A stretch of DNA of 40,295 bases, taken from contig JBBRPR010000071.1 in NCBI GenBank assembly GCA_038227875.1, positions 1 through 40,295 on the forward strand, in the 5' to 3' direction. Positions 17,275 through 26,602 of the stretch are shown here, piece by piece. The notes under the pieces are model-generated. The model saw only the letters and a program-made list of their open reading frames with translations, was not told the origin of the DNA and searched no databases. The position numbers were made by a program, and so were the translations under genes. The first letter of the stretch is position 1. Every line of letters starts with the position of its first letter. This DNA is from Planctomycetota bacterium. GTDB taxonomy: Bacteria; Planctomycetota; SZUA-567; H5-PLA8.

Positions 17275-18615
17275 CTACTCCCCATCGTCTTCCTGGAATT
17301 CCGCTTTCGGCCACCAGGTGAAGGACTTCTTACCGCGGCCGCTGCCGATCTGGCCCCAGCGCGAGATGTAGCCGCGGCAGTCGATGTGGACGTGGCTCTT
17401 CACCGAATCGTCGCCGTCCCATTCGTAGACGCCGATGCCGCCTGGAACGACTGCGCCTTCCAGTTCCAGCTCGCGGCAGGCGTTGCCGATGATGATGCCG
17501 TCCTTCTTGTCGACCTTGCCGTCGCCGTTCAGGTCGTCCATCTTATGGTCGCCGTCTTCGTCGATGCAGATGTCCACGGCGTCGCCGTAACAATGGCGCG
17601 AATACGCGGCGCCGCCGATCTGTTTGTTGTATTCCGGCGTGCGGAAACCGCTGGTGATCCAGAAACGCGTGACCTTCACGCCCTTTTCGCGCAGGCGTTC
17701 GCGCAGCTTGACCAGCTTCTGAATCAACGCGGGACAGATCGGGATGACATCGGTGTGGCGCTGCGTCGTGAAGATCTTCTTGCCGTCCGGTCCGTGGTAG
17801 TCCTTGAAGGCGATCAACTGTTCGAGGTCGAAGTCTTCACCGAGATGCAGCTTGCTGGTCTCCGGCGTCAGGATCGCAAAGAAGCGGGGGATCTGATAAC
17901 CGGCGGCGTTTTCTTTGACGCGACGCACGGGCGATTGCTTCGGGTCCAGATAGTTGCCGATCGGCTTGCCGTTGACGCGCACGCTGGTCCGGTCGCTTTG
18001 CGGATGAAACTGCGCTTCGGCCATCACCAGGACATCCAGCCCCAACGGCGGAGGCAGCGTCGGCGGCGTGGCCATGGCAACATGACGTTCGTCCAGAGCC
18101 AACGCGGGAGTTCCCACTGCCGGCGCGAGAGGCGAGGGGAGTGGGGCGCTGGAAGCGGAGTGGGGGAGCCACGTCAGGTGATACAATCCGGGCTGATTGG
18201 GCGCGCGGCACGACTGTTTCCAGCCGGTGGTGGTGTGCGAGGCCGAACCGATTTCGCCACCTTCATGATCCCAAATCGCGCCGTTGGAGGTGTCGGTGAG
18301 AGAGCCTTGAATTTCGCCGGGCTCGACTTCGATCTCGAAACTGGCTCCGGCGGGAAGGTAAGCCACGCCATTGAGCGCCACTTTGCCGGAAAAGTTTTGC
18401 GCGCCGCGGCGCACGCGTTCGTCGCCGATCGAGAGCTTCCAGCCACTGAGCGCCAGCGTCGGGTTACTGACAGGGATGGGCTGCTGAAAAGGAGTGTGGG
18501 TATCGATGCTGCAGACGGCGAGTACGATCATCAGCGCCACGACGGCCAGAATGATGGGAATAGTCGCCCGCGGCCAGCGGGGCAGACGTGGAACGGTTTT
18601 GGAAGCGGAAATCAT
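17275..18615 (-). CDS. Peptidase M15A (D-Ala-D-Ala carboxypeptidase-type) domain membrane-anchored protein
   Basis: ITSGFRTPEYN, SRHCYGDAVD and HVHIDCRG Zn-ligand motifs, with an N-terminal TM helix. Confidence 0.9.
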   Translation of the reverse strand: MISASKTVPRLPRWPRATIPIILAVVALMIVLAVCSIDTHTPFQQPIPVSNPTLALSGWKLSIGDERVRRGAQNFSGKVALNGVAYLPAGASFEIEVEPGEIQGSLTDTSNGAIWDHEGGEIGSASHTTTGWKQSCRAPNQPGLYHLTWLPHSASSAPLPSPLAPAVGTPALALDERHVAMATPPTLPPPLGLDVLVMAEAQFHPQSDRTSVRVNGKPIGNYLDPKQSPVRRVKENAAGYQIPRFFAILTPETSKLHLGEDFDLEQLIAFKDYHGPDGKKIFTTQRHTDVIPICPALIQKLVKLRERLREKGVKVTRFWITSGFRTPEYNKQIGGAAYSRHCYGDAVDICIDEDGDHKMDDLNGDGKVDKKDGIIIGNACRELELEGAVVPGGIGVYEWDGDDSVKSHVHIDCRGYISRWGQIGSGRGKKSFTWWPKAEFQEDDGE

Positions 18616-19007
18616 GGTGTTCCCCAACTTTAAGCGAACGGAAGCGGAGGGTCCGAAACGAGCACTACTCATTATCGGCTGTTCACTTGTGTCGGGTTTA
18701 GGGAATGCTTCAAGTTCCGTGGGATTTCCGCCGAACGTGTTAAGGTACTTGGCACTCTCGTGCGTTCGTGATTTTTTTCAATGCGCAAAGTAGGAGAAGC
18801 GCTAAGCTCTTGGCTGTACAATCGTCTACACTAAAGACAGTAGCTGCAAGATTTTCATAATCTTGTCAGAGCGCACTTGACAGACTTAAAAATAGGCTAA
18901 AGTCCCTAAGTGGATTTTAGGTAACGTAGGTAAATTCTTAGGCTTGCGACCGCTGGCCGGGTGTTCGTGTTGACCCGCCTTGGAGGCCGCAGTTGAGAGG
19001 AACCGAC

Positions 19008-20891
19008 ATGCGACTGAAGTTGTCGTCTGCGCTCACCATCGCGATGGCTGCCGCACTCGTCCGTATGCCCACCTGTACCGCTGGCGAAGAAATGCCGCCA
19101 CTTAATCAGGTGAAGGACATGCCGGATGGAATTCAGCCGGACGATAAGGCCTACATTGAGCGCGTCCAGGCCGACAAGGCCAAGCAGCTTGAGGCCATGA
19201 AAGCGGGTTACGACCATCTCGCCAGCACCGCCAAGGAGCTGAGCGAAAAGCGCGAGAAGAGCTTGAACGTGCTCGGCAAGGCTGAAGTCACGGTCGACGA
19301 GGACACCAAAGGCGTCGACGAGCCGAAATCGGCGGAAGCCGCGCTGGGCCTGAAAGAAGGCCGCCGGGTTCGCGATGCGTACGAAATCAGCCCCGACGAT
19401 TTCGATATCGCCAGCCACGACATCTGGTCGATCAACGTCACCGACTTCAAGTTCGATGCGCCGCAGTACGTCACGGCCAACCAGAACTACGGCAACACCA
19501 AGACGTGGTTTGGCTTCACGTTCTCAATCACCAACACCACGCCCAAGCGTCGCCGCATCTCCCCGACCTTCACCGCCGTGACCGACAAGGGCGTGTTCAA
19601 CATGGCCGTCAGCGGCATCATCCCCGAACGGATGATGGCCGATTCGCTCTTCCGGCCGCTCGGTGATTCGACCGGACTGGCCGACAAGGAAATGCTGGGT
19701 CAGCGCATCATGCCGGTGGAATCCTTTATCTCGCTCGGCACGTCCCTGCTGGATCCGGAGACGGGCCTGACCAAACCATCCGCCATGCTGGAATCCGGCG
19801 GCGCGACCTTTGAACCCGGCCAGACTCGCACCGGTGCGGTGATCTGGACGAACTTCTCCAACGAATTCACCGAGCTGAAGATCGTCGTCAGCGGCCTGAC
19901 CAACGCTCATCACTACGGTTCGCAGCTGGTGACGGCGGCGGGCAGCACCGATCTGCCGAAGATCAACAACGACGGCGAGAAGATGCGCCGCGTGCTGGTG
20001 ATGACCTTCTCGCGCAAGGACGACGAATTTGACATCCACCGCTCAGAACTGAAGTTCCTCAATAAGAAGTTCGAATATGTCTGGTCGTGGGATCAGGACA
20101 TCAGCGTGCCGCTCCCGACCGATGCGAAGGATCCGCAGATCAAGGTTCAGACCATCAAGTCCGGCGGTGGCAGCGAGAAGACGATGTGGGCGTTCCCGTT
20201 CACGGTCAAGAATTCGACGCGCTATGCCCAGTCGCTTTCGATCAACAGCGTTTCCTATGTCTGCCCGGTTGAAGTCGATGTCGGCGGCGTCAAGATCCCA
20301 ATCACCGCGAAAGTCGTCGACGACGGCAATTCCACCATCTACAAAGCCGCGTTGCTGAAGGCGCTCACGAAGGAATCGCCGCGCGACCGTTACGAATCGA
20401 AGACCGCGCCGGAAGACGCCGAATCACGCGTTGCCCGCCGCAAGTTCACCTTCGATCCGGGCAAGGGTTTCGATAACGAACTGTGGGCCGCGTTTGACGA
20501 AGCCGATGTGGACTGGAACGACGTCCGCCTGCAGGTCGAATCGGCGCTGACCGACAAGGTCGACAAGAAGGCCGTGGCCAAGGACACGTGGGAGAAGGTC
20601 GCCGCCGCGATTGCGCCGGAGAACAAGGATCTGCCCCAGAAGAACCCGGGCTTCCTCTACGATCCCCGCCGCCGCCTGACCGAAGAAGAATTCACGGCCG
20701 TCAAAGATCAGGTCAAGAAGGGCATCCCCGCCGCGCTCGACGCCGCCAAGGCGAAGAAGACGGTGGTCGCGTACTTCGACTGCACCAGCGGCCTCTCGAC
20801 GGGCGCGTACCGCGTCAGCCGCAGCTACCGCCTGCCCGGCGTGGTCGATGATGCGTGGTTGAAGGCGTGGGAAGAGCTCGACAAGGATTGA
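19008..20891 (+). CDS. Large secreted hypothetical protein
   Basis: GAGAGG RBS, signal peptide, strong codon bias and its own terminator. Confidence 0.85.
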   Translation: MRLKLSSALTIAMAAALVRMPTCTAGEEMPPLNQVKDMPDGIQPDDKAYIERVQADKAKQLEAMKAGYDHLASTAKELSEKREKSLNVLGKAEVTVDEDTKGVDEPKSAEAALGLKEGRRVRDAYEISPDDFDIASHDIWSINVTDFKFDAPQYVTANQNYGNTKTWFGFTFSITNTTPKRRRISPTFTAVTDKGVFNMAVSGIIPERMMADSLFRPLGDSTGLADKEMLGQRIMPVESFISLGTSLLDPETGLTKPSAMLESGGATFEPGQTRTGAVIWTNFSNEFTELKIVVSGLTNAHHYGSQLVTAAGSTDLPKINNDGEKMRRVLVMTFSRKDDEFDIHRSELKFLNKKFEYVWSWDQDISVPLPTDAKDPQIKVQTIKSGGGSEKTMWAFPFTVKNSTRYAQSLSINSVSYVCPVEVDVGGVKIPITAKVVDDGNSTIYKAALLKALTKESPRDRYESKTAPEDAESRVARRKFTFDPGKGFDNELWAAFDEADVDWNDVRLQVESALTDKVDKKAVAKDTWEKVAAAIAPENKDLPQKNPGFLYDPRRRLTEEEFTAVKDQVKKGIPAALDAAKAKKTVVAYFDCTSGLSTGAYRVSRSYRLPGVVDDAWLKAWEELDKD

Positions 20892-20912
20892 TCAGCACGG
20901 AATTCTGCTCGA

Positions 20913-20944
20913 CAAAAAAGCCCTGCGATTGCAGGGCTTTTTTG
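20913..20944. terminator. Bidirectional rho-independent terminator
   Basis: AAAAAAGCCCTGC-gatt-GCAGGGCTTTTTT between convergent genes. Confidence 0.9.
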
Positions 20945-20973
20945 TTTGGCGCTAATCAATCGTCCTGAAAATT

Positions 20974-22521
20974 TTACGCGTGCGACAAGCGACGCGGCAC
21001 GGCGATGTCCGTCTCGACCAGCCGGTAATGCAGCCGTTCGATCAGCTCGCGCCGCAGGCCTGCGTGCGCTGCGCTGTGCCAGAGGTTGTGCAGTTCGTGC
21101 GGGTCGTTGGCGAGGTCGAAGAGTTCTCCGAATTCCGCCGCCCCACGCGGAGCCGTGTACGTCGTGAGCTTGTGAATCGGCGTCACCAGTGTTCTCAAGC
21201 GCAGGCCGAGGTAGTCTTCATCGTTCTCCACCACCACGCTATCCTGAACGGAAGCGGCAGCGCCCGTCAGCAATGGCGCGAGCGACCGGCCGGGCCACGC
21301 GGGCGGTTGCATGGGCGCTTCGGCGCTCGCCGGGCCCTCGGGGACTTTGACGCCGGCCAGATCGAGAATCGTCGGCGCGATGTCGAGAATGCTGGCCAGT
21401 GCCGGCGTCTTCTGCGCCGGGAAGCGGCCGGGGCAACTCCAGATCATCGGCACGCGCAGCAGACCTTCGAAATGGAACGGTCCTTTGTTCAGCAGGCCGT
21501 GATCGCCCAACATGTCGCCGTGATCGGACATGAAAAGCACGACCGTATTCTTTGCCAGGCCCCTGGCGTTGAGCGTGTCGAGAATCCGGCCGATGTGTTT
21601 GTCGGCCAGCGAGACCATGCCGTAGGTGTACGCGATGATCTCGCGGCGCTGGGCCATGCTCATGCGGGTTGGGCTGACGCGCCCACTGAGCTGCAATCGA
21701 TGCTCGTAAATTTCTTTGAAGAATGGCGCGAGCGTTTCCAGCTCTCCGTCGCGGGAGACCGGCGGCACGACGTCGTCGGGCGAATACATGCGATCCCACG
21801 GTTGCGGCGTCCAGTACGGGTGATGCGGGTCGGGAAACGAGCTGATCAGAAAAAATGGCTCCGTGCCACGCTGCTTGTTCAGGTATTCAATCGTGCGGTC
21901 GGCGATGTACGTGGTGTGATGGTAAGGCTCGTCGAGCACCGCGCGGCCGCAATGTTCCGCGCCCAGTGGCGACGGCTCCGGGCGTTCCGACTGCAGACGA
22001 GCCCATTCCTTCGGGTGCTTCTGCTGAAGCCACAACGCGTAATTGCCCTGGGTGGAGGGCCCGTGGCCCAGCGTGACGTCCACCTGCTGCAGACCGTAAT
22101 ATGGCGTGGGGATGCCGCTGATCTTTCCCTGCTGCCAGAATTCGACGAGCTCTGGAAAATTCTCCGGCGTCACGGACGCGCCGCGAACGTCGTCGTTGAC
22201 ATGGTAGTTGGTGAGATGGATCTTGCCGATCGACGCCGTCTGGTAACCGGCCTGCGCCAGCGCGCCGGGCATCGTCGGGAGCGACCGGTCCAGCGGGATG
22301 CCGTTGGTGCGGACCTGATGTCCGCGTGGCGTAAGTCCAGTGTAAAGCGTCGCGCGGCTGGGCATGCAGAGCGGACAGTTGACGTACGCGCGCGGCACGT
22401 GCACGCCGCTGGCCGCGAGACGATCGAGGTTCGGGGTCTGAATGACGGGATTACCCGCGCAGCCAAGATGATCGGAGCGCATCTGGTCGGTGCAGATGAT
22501 CAGAAAATTGGGGCGATCCAT
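20974..22521 (-). CDS. Formylglycine-dependent (Cys-type) sulfatase
   Basis: RPNFLIICTDQMR, CMPSRATLYTG (CxPxR), GKIH, DPHHP and SDHGDMLG. Confidence 0.96.
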   Translation of the reverse strand: MDRPNFLIICTDQMRSDHLGCAGNPVIQTPNLDRLAASGVHVPRAYVNCPLCMPSRATLYTGLTPRGHQVRTNGIPLDRSLPTMPGALAQAGYQTASIGKIHLTNYHVNDDVRGASVTPENFPELVEFWQQGKISGIPTPYYGLQQVDVTLGHGPSTQGNYALWLQQKHPKEWARLQSERPEPSPLGAEHCGRAVLDEPYHHTTYIADRTIEYLNKQRGTEPFFLISSFPDPHHPYWTPQPWDRMYSPDDVVPPVSRDGELETLAPFFKEIYEHRLQLSGRVSPTRMSMAQRREIIAYTYGMVSLADKHIGRILDTLNARGLAKNTVVLFMSDHGDMLGDHGLLNKGPFHFEGLLRVPMIWSCPGRFPAQKTPALASILDIAPTILDLAGVKVPEGPASAEAPMQPPAWPGRSLAPLLTGAAASVQDSVVVENDEDYLGLRLRTLVTPIHKLTTYTAPRGAAEFGELFDLANDPHELHNLWHSAAHAGLRRELIERLHYRLVETDIAVPRRLSHA

Positions 22522-22526
22522 GGGTG

Positions 22527-22554
22527 GCTCTTGGCTTTTAGCTCTTGGCTCTTG
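22527..22554. repeat. Heptamer tandem repeat (GCTCTTG)x4, one degenerate
   Basis: gctcttg gctttta gctcttg gctcttg in the metF-sulfatase gap. Confidence 0.8.
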
Positions 22555-22572
22555 GGGCCCGTCGGGCGATCG

Positions 22573-23472
22573 TTAGTCCACGTGCCGGAGATTGATATTC
22601 TTCAAAATATCGCGCACGGGCTTGGCCTTGTTCATCGAATACAGATGCAGACCCGCGACGCCGAACTTCAGCAGGGCCTCGCACTGCTTTGACGCATAGT
22701 CGATGCCATACGCGGTGACGGCTTCGTCGTCGTCGCCGAACTGGTGAAGTTTCGCCAGGACCTCCTGCGGCCAGCGCGCGCCGCAGAGCTTGGTGATGTG
22801 CTGGATCTGTTTCGACGAGAGCATCGGCATCACGCCGGGAATAATCGGCACGGTGACGCCGAGTTTCTTCGTCATATGGTCGTGAAATTCGTAGAAGTCG
22901 GCGTTATCCCAGAACAATTGCGTCAGCACGAAATCAGCGCCGGCATCGATCTTCTGTTTAAGGAATCCCCAGTCGGCAAGTTTTCCCGCCTTGCAAGCGA
23001 TGTGCCCTTCGGGGAAGCCGGCGGTGCCAATGCTGAAGCCGCCCTTCTGTTTGATGAATTCGACCAGCTCGCGCGAGAATTCGAAACCGCCTTCGGTCTT
23101 CTTGAATTCGCCGATTCCACCGGGAGGATCCCCGCGCAACGCCAGGATGTTCTGAATGCCCAGCGCTCGCGCCTGATCGAGAATCTCGCCGATCTGCTGC
23201 TTCGTTGCATTGACGCAGGTGAGATGGGCCATCGTCGGCAGCTTCAGATCGCGCTGCATGTGTTCGACCAGGGCCAGTGTCTTGCCCTGTGTGCTGCCGC
23301 CAGCACCGTAGGTGACCGAGCAGTAGTCGGGTTTTAGTTTGGCGATCGAAGGGAGCGTTTTTTCGAAGAGAGTCTTCTCGGCCTCGGGCGTGCGCGAGGT
23401 GGAGAACTCAAACGAGATTACCGGCGTCTTCGTCGCTTTGGCCTGAGCGTAAATATCGCGAATGTATTTCAT
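22573..23472 (-). CDS. metF: 5,10-methylenetetrahydrofolate reductase
   Basis: ISFEF, SVTYGAGGS, AHLTC, ILALRGDPP, AGFPEGH, KIDAGADFVLTQLF and GLHLYSMN. Confidence 0.95.
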   Translation of the reverse strand: MKYIRDIYAQAKATKTPVISFEFSTSRTPEAEKTLFEKTLPSIAKLKPDYCSVTYGAGGSTQGKTLALVEHMQRDLKLPTMAHLTCVNATKQQIGEILDQARALGIQNILALRGDPPGGIGEFKKTEGGFEFSRELVEFIKQKGGFSIGTAGFPEGHIACKAGKLADWGFLKQKIDAGADFVLTQLFWDNADFYEFHDHMTKKLGVTVPIIPGVMPMLSSKQIQHITKLCGARWPQEVLAKLHQFGDDDEAVTAYGIDYASKQCEALLKFGVAGLHLYSMNKAKPVRDILKNINLRHVD

Positions 23473-23613
23473 GCGGACAGAGTTTAGCGGCGGGAGCGGA
23501 ACGTGCAAATGAACAGCGATGGTCAATTCTGAGATTCAATGATTCGAGACGTGCGACTCTTGTCGCACGCCAGGCGAATCCGCATTAAAACAAGCAACCA
23601 ACGTCCACTCGCA

Positions 23614-24021
23614 CTACTTCCCGGCAACGTCAAATCGCAACAGCTCCTTATTGGTAAGGTCATTGAAGACGAAACCAATTGTGACCCCCTTGTCTAACAG
23701 TGTTTTTAAATCTGCATTTTTTCGCGTGTCTGCGATCATTTCAGCTTTCGTAGCTTCGAGCGCATCGTTGAGTTCCTTGCCCACCATCTGCAGTTTTGTG
23801 GTGATTGTAAAATTGCACGTCACACGCATTGGGCCAGGCGTAAGACTGTCCATGCGGAGCGCCGCGTTAAGTTGCTGGGGGCACTTGGCGTTGACTTCGG
23901 AGCACTCTTTCTCAAGTTGGCTCTGAACACTGGGTCTGAACACGCCAGCCATCGCGAGCGAAACGCCGATCAGAATTCCAATCCCCTTCAGAGTTGCATT
24001 GCCGCGCGGCATTCTGTTCAT
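23614..24021 (-). CDS. Small exported or membrane-anchored hypothetical protein
   Basis: GAGGGG RBS before ATG 24021, a hydrophobic N-terminus and a N..CP...D/N...RMDS-type motif. Confidence 0.75.
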   Translation of the reverse strand: MNRMPRGNATLKGIGILIGVSLAMAGVFRPSVQSQLEKECSEVNAKCPQQLNAALRMDSLTPGPMRVTCNFTITTKLQMVGKELNDALEATKAEMIADTRKNADLKTLLDKGVTIGFVFNDLTNKELLRFDVAGK

Positions 24022-24261
24022 ACTGAATTCCCCTCTCAGATAACGGCATAAAAAGTCCACGGAGCGTCGCTGCCGAAGCGAGAAACTCCGTCCCGATGCC
24101 CAACTGGGTCGCGGGAAACTCAATTCGTATTTACGTGAAACGAAACGCGCGAACAATATAGAAGGGCTAAAAATGATGAATAAAAGTGATTCACGAGTGC
24201 GCACGGAACAGGTGCACCTATAGGGCAGATTTCAATCCAGCGAATCCGCAATGAGGTCGCC

Positions 24262-25881
24262 CTATTTAGCAGGTAGCTTTAGCTCAAGCACCTTCATCGC
24301 CTTCGTCTTAATATCCACCACGCAGATGCGGTGGTTGTCGGTGTCGGCGATGTAGAGATGGCCGTCCAGGAACGTCAGACCGCCGGGTTCGTAGAAGCGC
24401 GGGGTTTTCTCGTCGCCTGGGCCGGGTTTGCCGTCGCCCAGAAATGTCGCGACGGATTTCTTCTCCGGGTTGATGGTTTTGATTTTGTGGTTGTACGTGT
24501 CGGTGATGTAGAGCGTGCCGTCGACGTACACAACTCCCAGCGCGTGCTGCAATTTTGCCGTGCCGAGCACTCCGTCGATGTCTCCGAAGGCGAAGAGTCG
24601 GCCCTGCTGCAGGTTGGGGAAACCGATTAGCGTCCGCGCGGTTTTCTCTTTCAGATCCAGCGCGCGAACGGCGGAGGCTTCACTGTCCGCAACGTAAAGC
24701 GTGTTGCCGTGAAGCGACAGGCCGCTGGGTTGCGCGTAGGCAGATTGCGCGAACGGGCCATCGACGATGTCTTCCCGGCCGTTGCCGGCCAGAACCTGGA
24801 TCTGCTGCTTCGGCAGGTCCATCACCCAGATGCGATGGTCGCCGGCCATGGCAATGTAGAGCGTGTTGCCATCCTCGCTGAGCGCCAGATCCCACGGCGA
24901 ATCGAGCGTCGTGGTGCGCGCCGGTCCGCCCGATGGGGCGCGGAGCTGCACGCCGGTGCCGGCGATCGTTTCCACGGTTTTCGCCTTGAGGTCCACTTTG
25001 CGCAGCGCCTGATTTTCACAATCGGCGACGTAGAGCGTGTCGGCGATGACGGCCATGCCGTGCGGCATGTGGAAATTCGCAGTCTTGTAGTCGCCGTCCT
25101 TCAACGCCGATTGTCCGCCGCCGATAACATCGGTGACGACGCCGTCGATGCCGCTGACGAGGATGCGATTGTTGTTGGTGTCGGCGATGAAGAGCCGCTT
25201 GGGCTCGGCTTGAGCCACGATCTTGGCCGGGAATTTCAGCAGGGTTCCCGGACCCGGTTCCGGCTTGCCGATGACCTTGTCGCGGTCGATGGCTTTCTTC
25301 GCGTCGTAGACTTTGATCAGCGCTGCGATGTAAGCGTCGAGGACTTCGTATTTACCTTCGCCGCTGACGGCACCGACAAACTTGCCTTCCGGATCGATCA
25401 GCGCGAGGGTCGGCCAGGATTCGACGGAGTAGCGATTCCAAATTTCAAACTTGCTATCATTGGCGATGGGGTGGGTGAGTCCGTAGCGCTGCGCGGCCTT
25501 GCGGATATTCTCCGTTGCGCCTTCGTTGGTGAACTTTGCCGAATGGATGCCGACGACCGTCAGCTCCTTGCCATATTTCCCTTCCAGCCGTTTCAGGTCG
25601 GGAAATATGTGGACGCAGTTGATTCACCCGAACGTCCAGAAATCGAGCAGGACGATCTTCCCTTTTAGGTCCGCAATCTTCAGGGGCTTGTCGGTATTGA
25701 TCCACGCCTCCGCACCGTCAAAATCTGGAGCGGCCTGGCGGGCGGGATTGTTGATCTGGGCGAGAAGTTCATCGTCGGCTGCACCGAAAACGGAACGCGC
25801 CGGAAACGCCAGCACCGCGTTGAACAGCAGGACGACAGCGGCGGTCCGGGCGATTCGCCCCTTATTAGTGATCACGGTCAT
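24262..25881 (-). CDS. Thioredoxin-like plus NHL-repeat protein (NHLRC2/SOQ1-like architecture) with in-frame TGA, probable selenoprotein (UINC)
   Basis: One frame from ATG 25881 (GGAG RBS) with a single TGA at 25626-25624: [23 protein letters not shown]...VGIHSAKF...SWPTLALIDPEG, followed by six NHL blades. 539 aa with readthrough. Confidence 0.9.
25572..25609 (-). promoter_or_regulatory. Candidate bacterial SECIS hairpin
   Basis: mRNA CAUAUUUCCC-18 nt-GGGAAAUAUG forms a perfect 10-bp stem starting 14 nt after the UGA. Confidence 0.6.
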
Positions 25882-26071
25882 GGTGTGAACTCCAGAGTGG
25901 CCAGCGAAAAGGCTATCCTTTTGGGTCATAGGGCGCGAGCGAAAAGAGGTTCGTTATCCATGGAATGCAACGCTGAACGGACCGAATTTATTCCGGATCA
26001 ACTGGGAAAAGTGTGGCCGGACGCTATCGTTAGCGGTTATCCCGAAAGTCCAGTTGAGGAGAAGCTTACCG

Positions 26072-26599
26072 ATGCGTCGCGCCCTGGTCATCCTGCCGCT
26101 GTTGCTCTGTGGTTACGTTCAGGCTGAAACCGTGTTCATGAAAGACGGTCAGTCGGTGGTCGGCGACGTGGTCTGGCGCGGCCGCGCGGGCGTTGAGCTG
26201 CGCATCGCGCCGGGATGTGTAGGCGACGGCAAGAAAGTCTTCATCGAAACGAGCAAGATCGAATCGGTCGGTGACTGTGCGGACTGCGGCGGGGAGTACG
26301 GTATCAACGAGGTCCCGGAATCGCGCCTGGAATTCGAAAAGCGCATGCACGAACGCGGCCGCGTCTATTACAAGGACCGCTGGGTACGCGCCGATGAACG
26401 GGACGCCGACGAAGCACGCCTGAAGGCCGAGAAGGAAAGGGCCGCCGAAAAAGCATCCGAGAAGATTGTCCCCCTGACGCCGGCAACGCCGCGCGCGGCG
26501 CCGCGCAGCACGCCGGCACCCGACAAAGCGCCTGCGACTCCGTCGACGACAACAGCTCCTGCTCCCGCGCCAGCTCCGGCCACTCCGCCGGGGAAATAG
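26072..26599 (+). CDS. Secreted hypothetical protein with Pro/Ala-rich tail
   Basis: GAGGAG RBS, signal peptide VQA|ETVFMKDG..V.G, and a G.V.YKDRWV motif. Confidence 0.8.
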   Translation: MRRALVILPLLLCGYVQAETVFMKDGQSVVGDVVWRGRAGVELRIAPGCVGDGKKVFIETSKIESVGDCADCGGEYGINEVPESRLEFEKRMHERGRVYYKDRWVRADERDADEARLKAEKERAAEKASEKIVPLTPATPRAAPRSTPAPDKAPATPSTTTAPAPAPAPATPPGK

Positions 26600-26602
26600 C
26601 GC

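Noticed and set aside
17212..18633. 473-aa + strand ORF
   Set aside because: Antisense shadow of the M15A peptidase, starting inside a repeat.
18877..18903. Sigma70 promoter TTGACA...TAAAGT
   Set aside because: The spacer is only 15 nt, so it is not supportable without TSS data.
20980..22692. 570-aa + strand ORF
   Set aside because: Antisense shadow of the sulfatase.
23473..23613. SAM or other riboswitch upstream of metF
   Set aside because: Only a short hairpin (GTGCGAC-tctt-GTCGCAC) is visible, with no SAM-I/II or SAH consensus.
24262..25929. Two separate genes or a nonsense pseudogene
   Set aside because: Same frame, a single TGA exactly at the redox Cys position, an adjacent hairpin and no other decay make Sec readthrough the better explanation.
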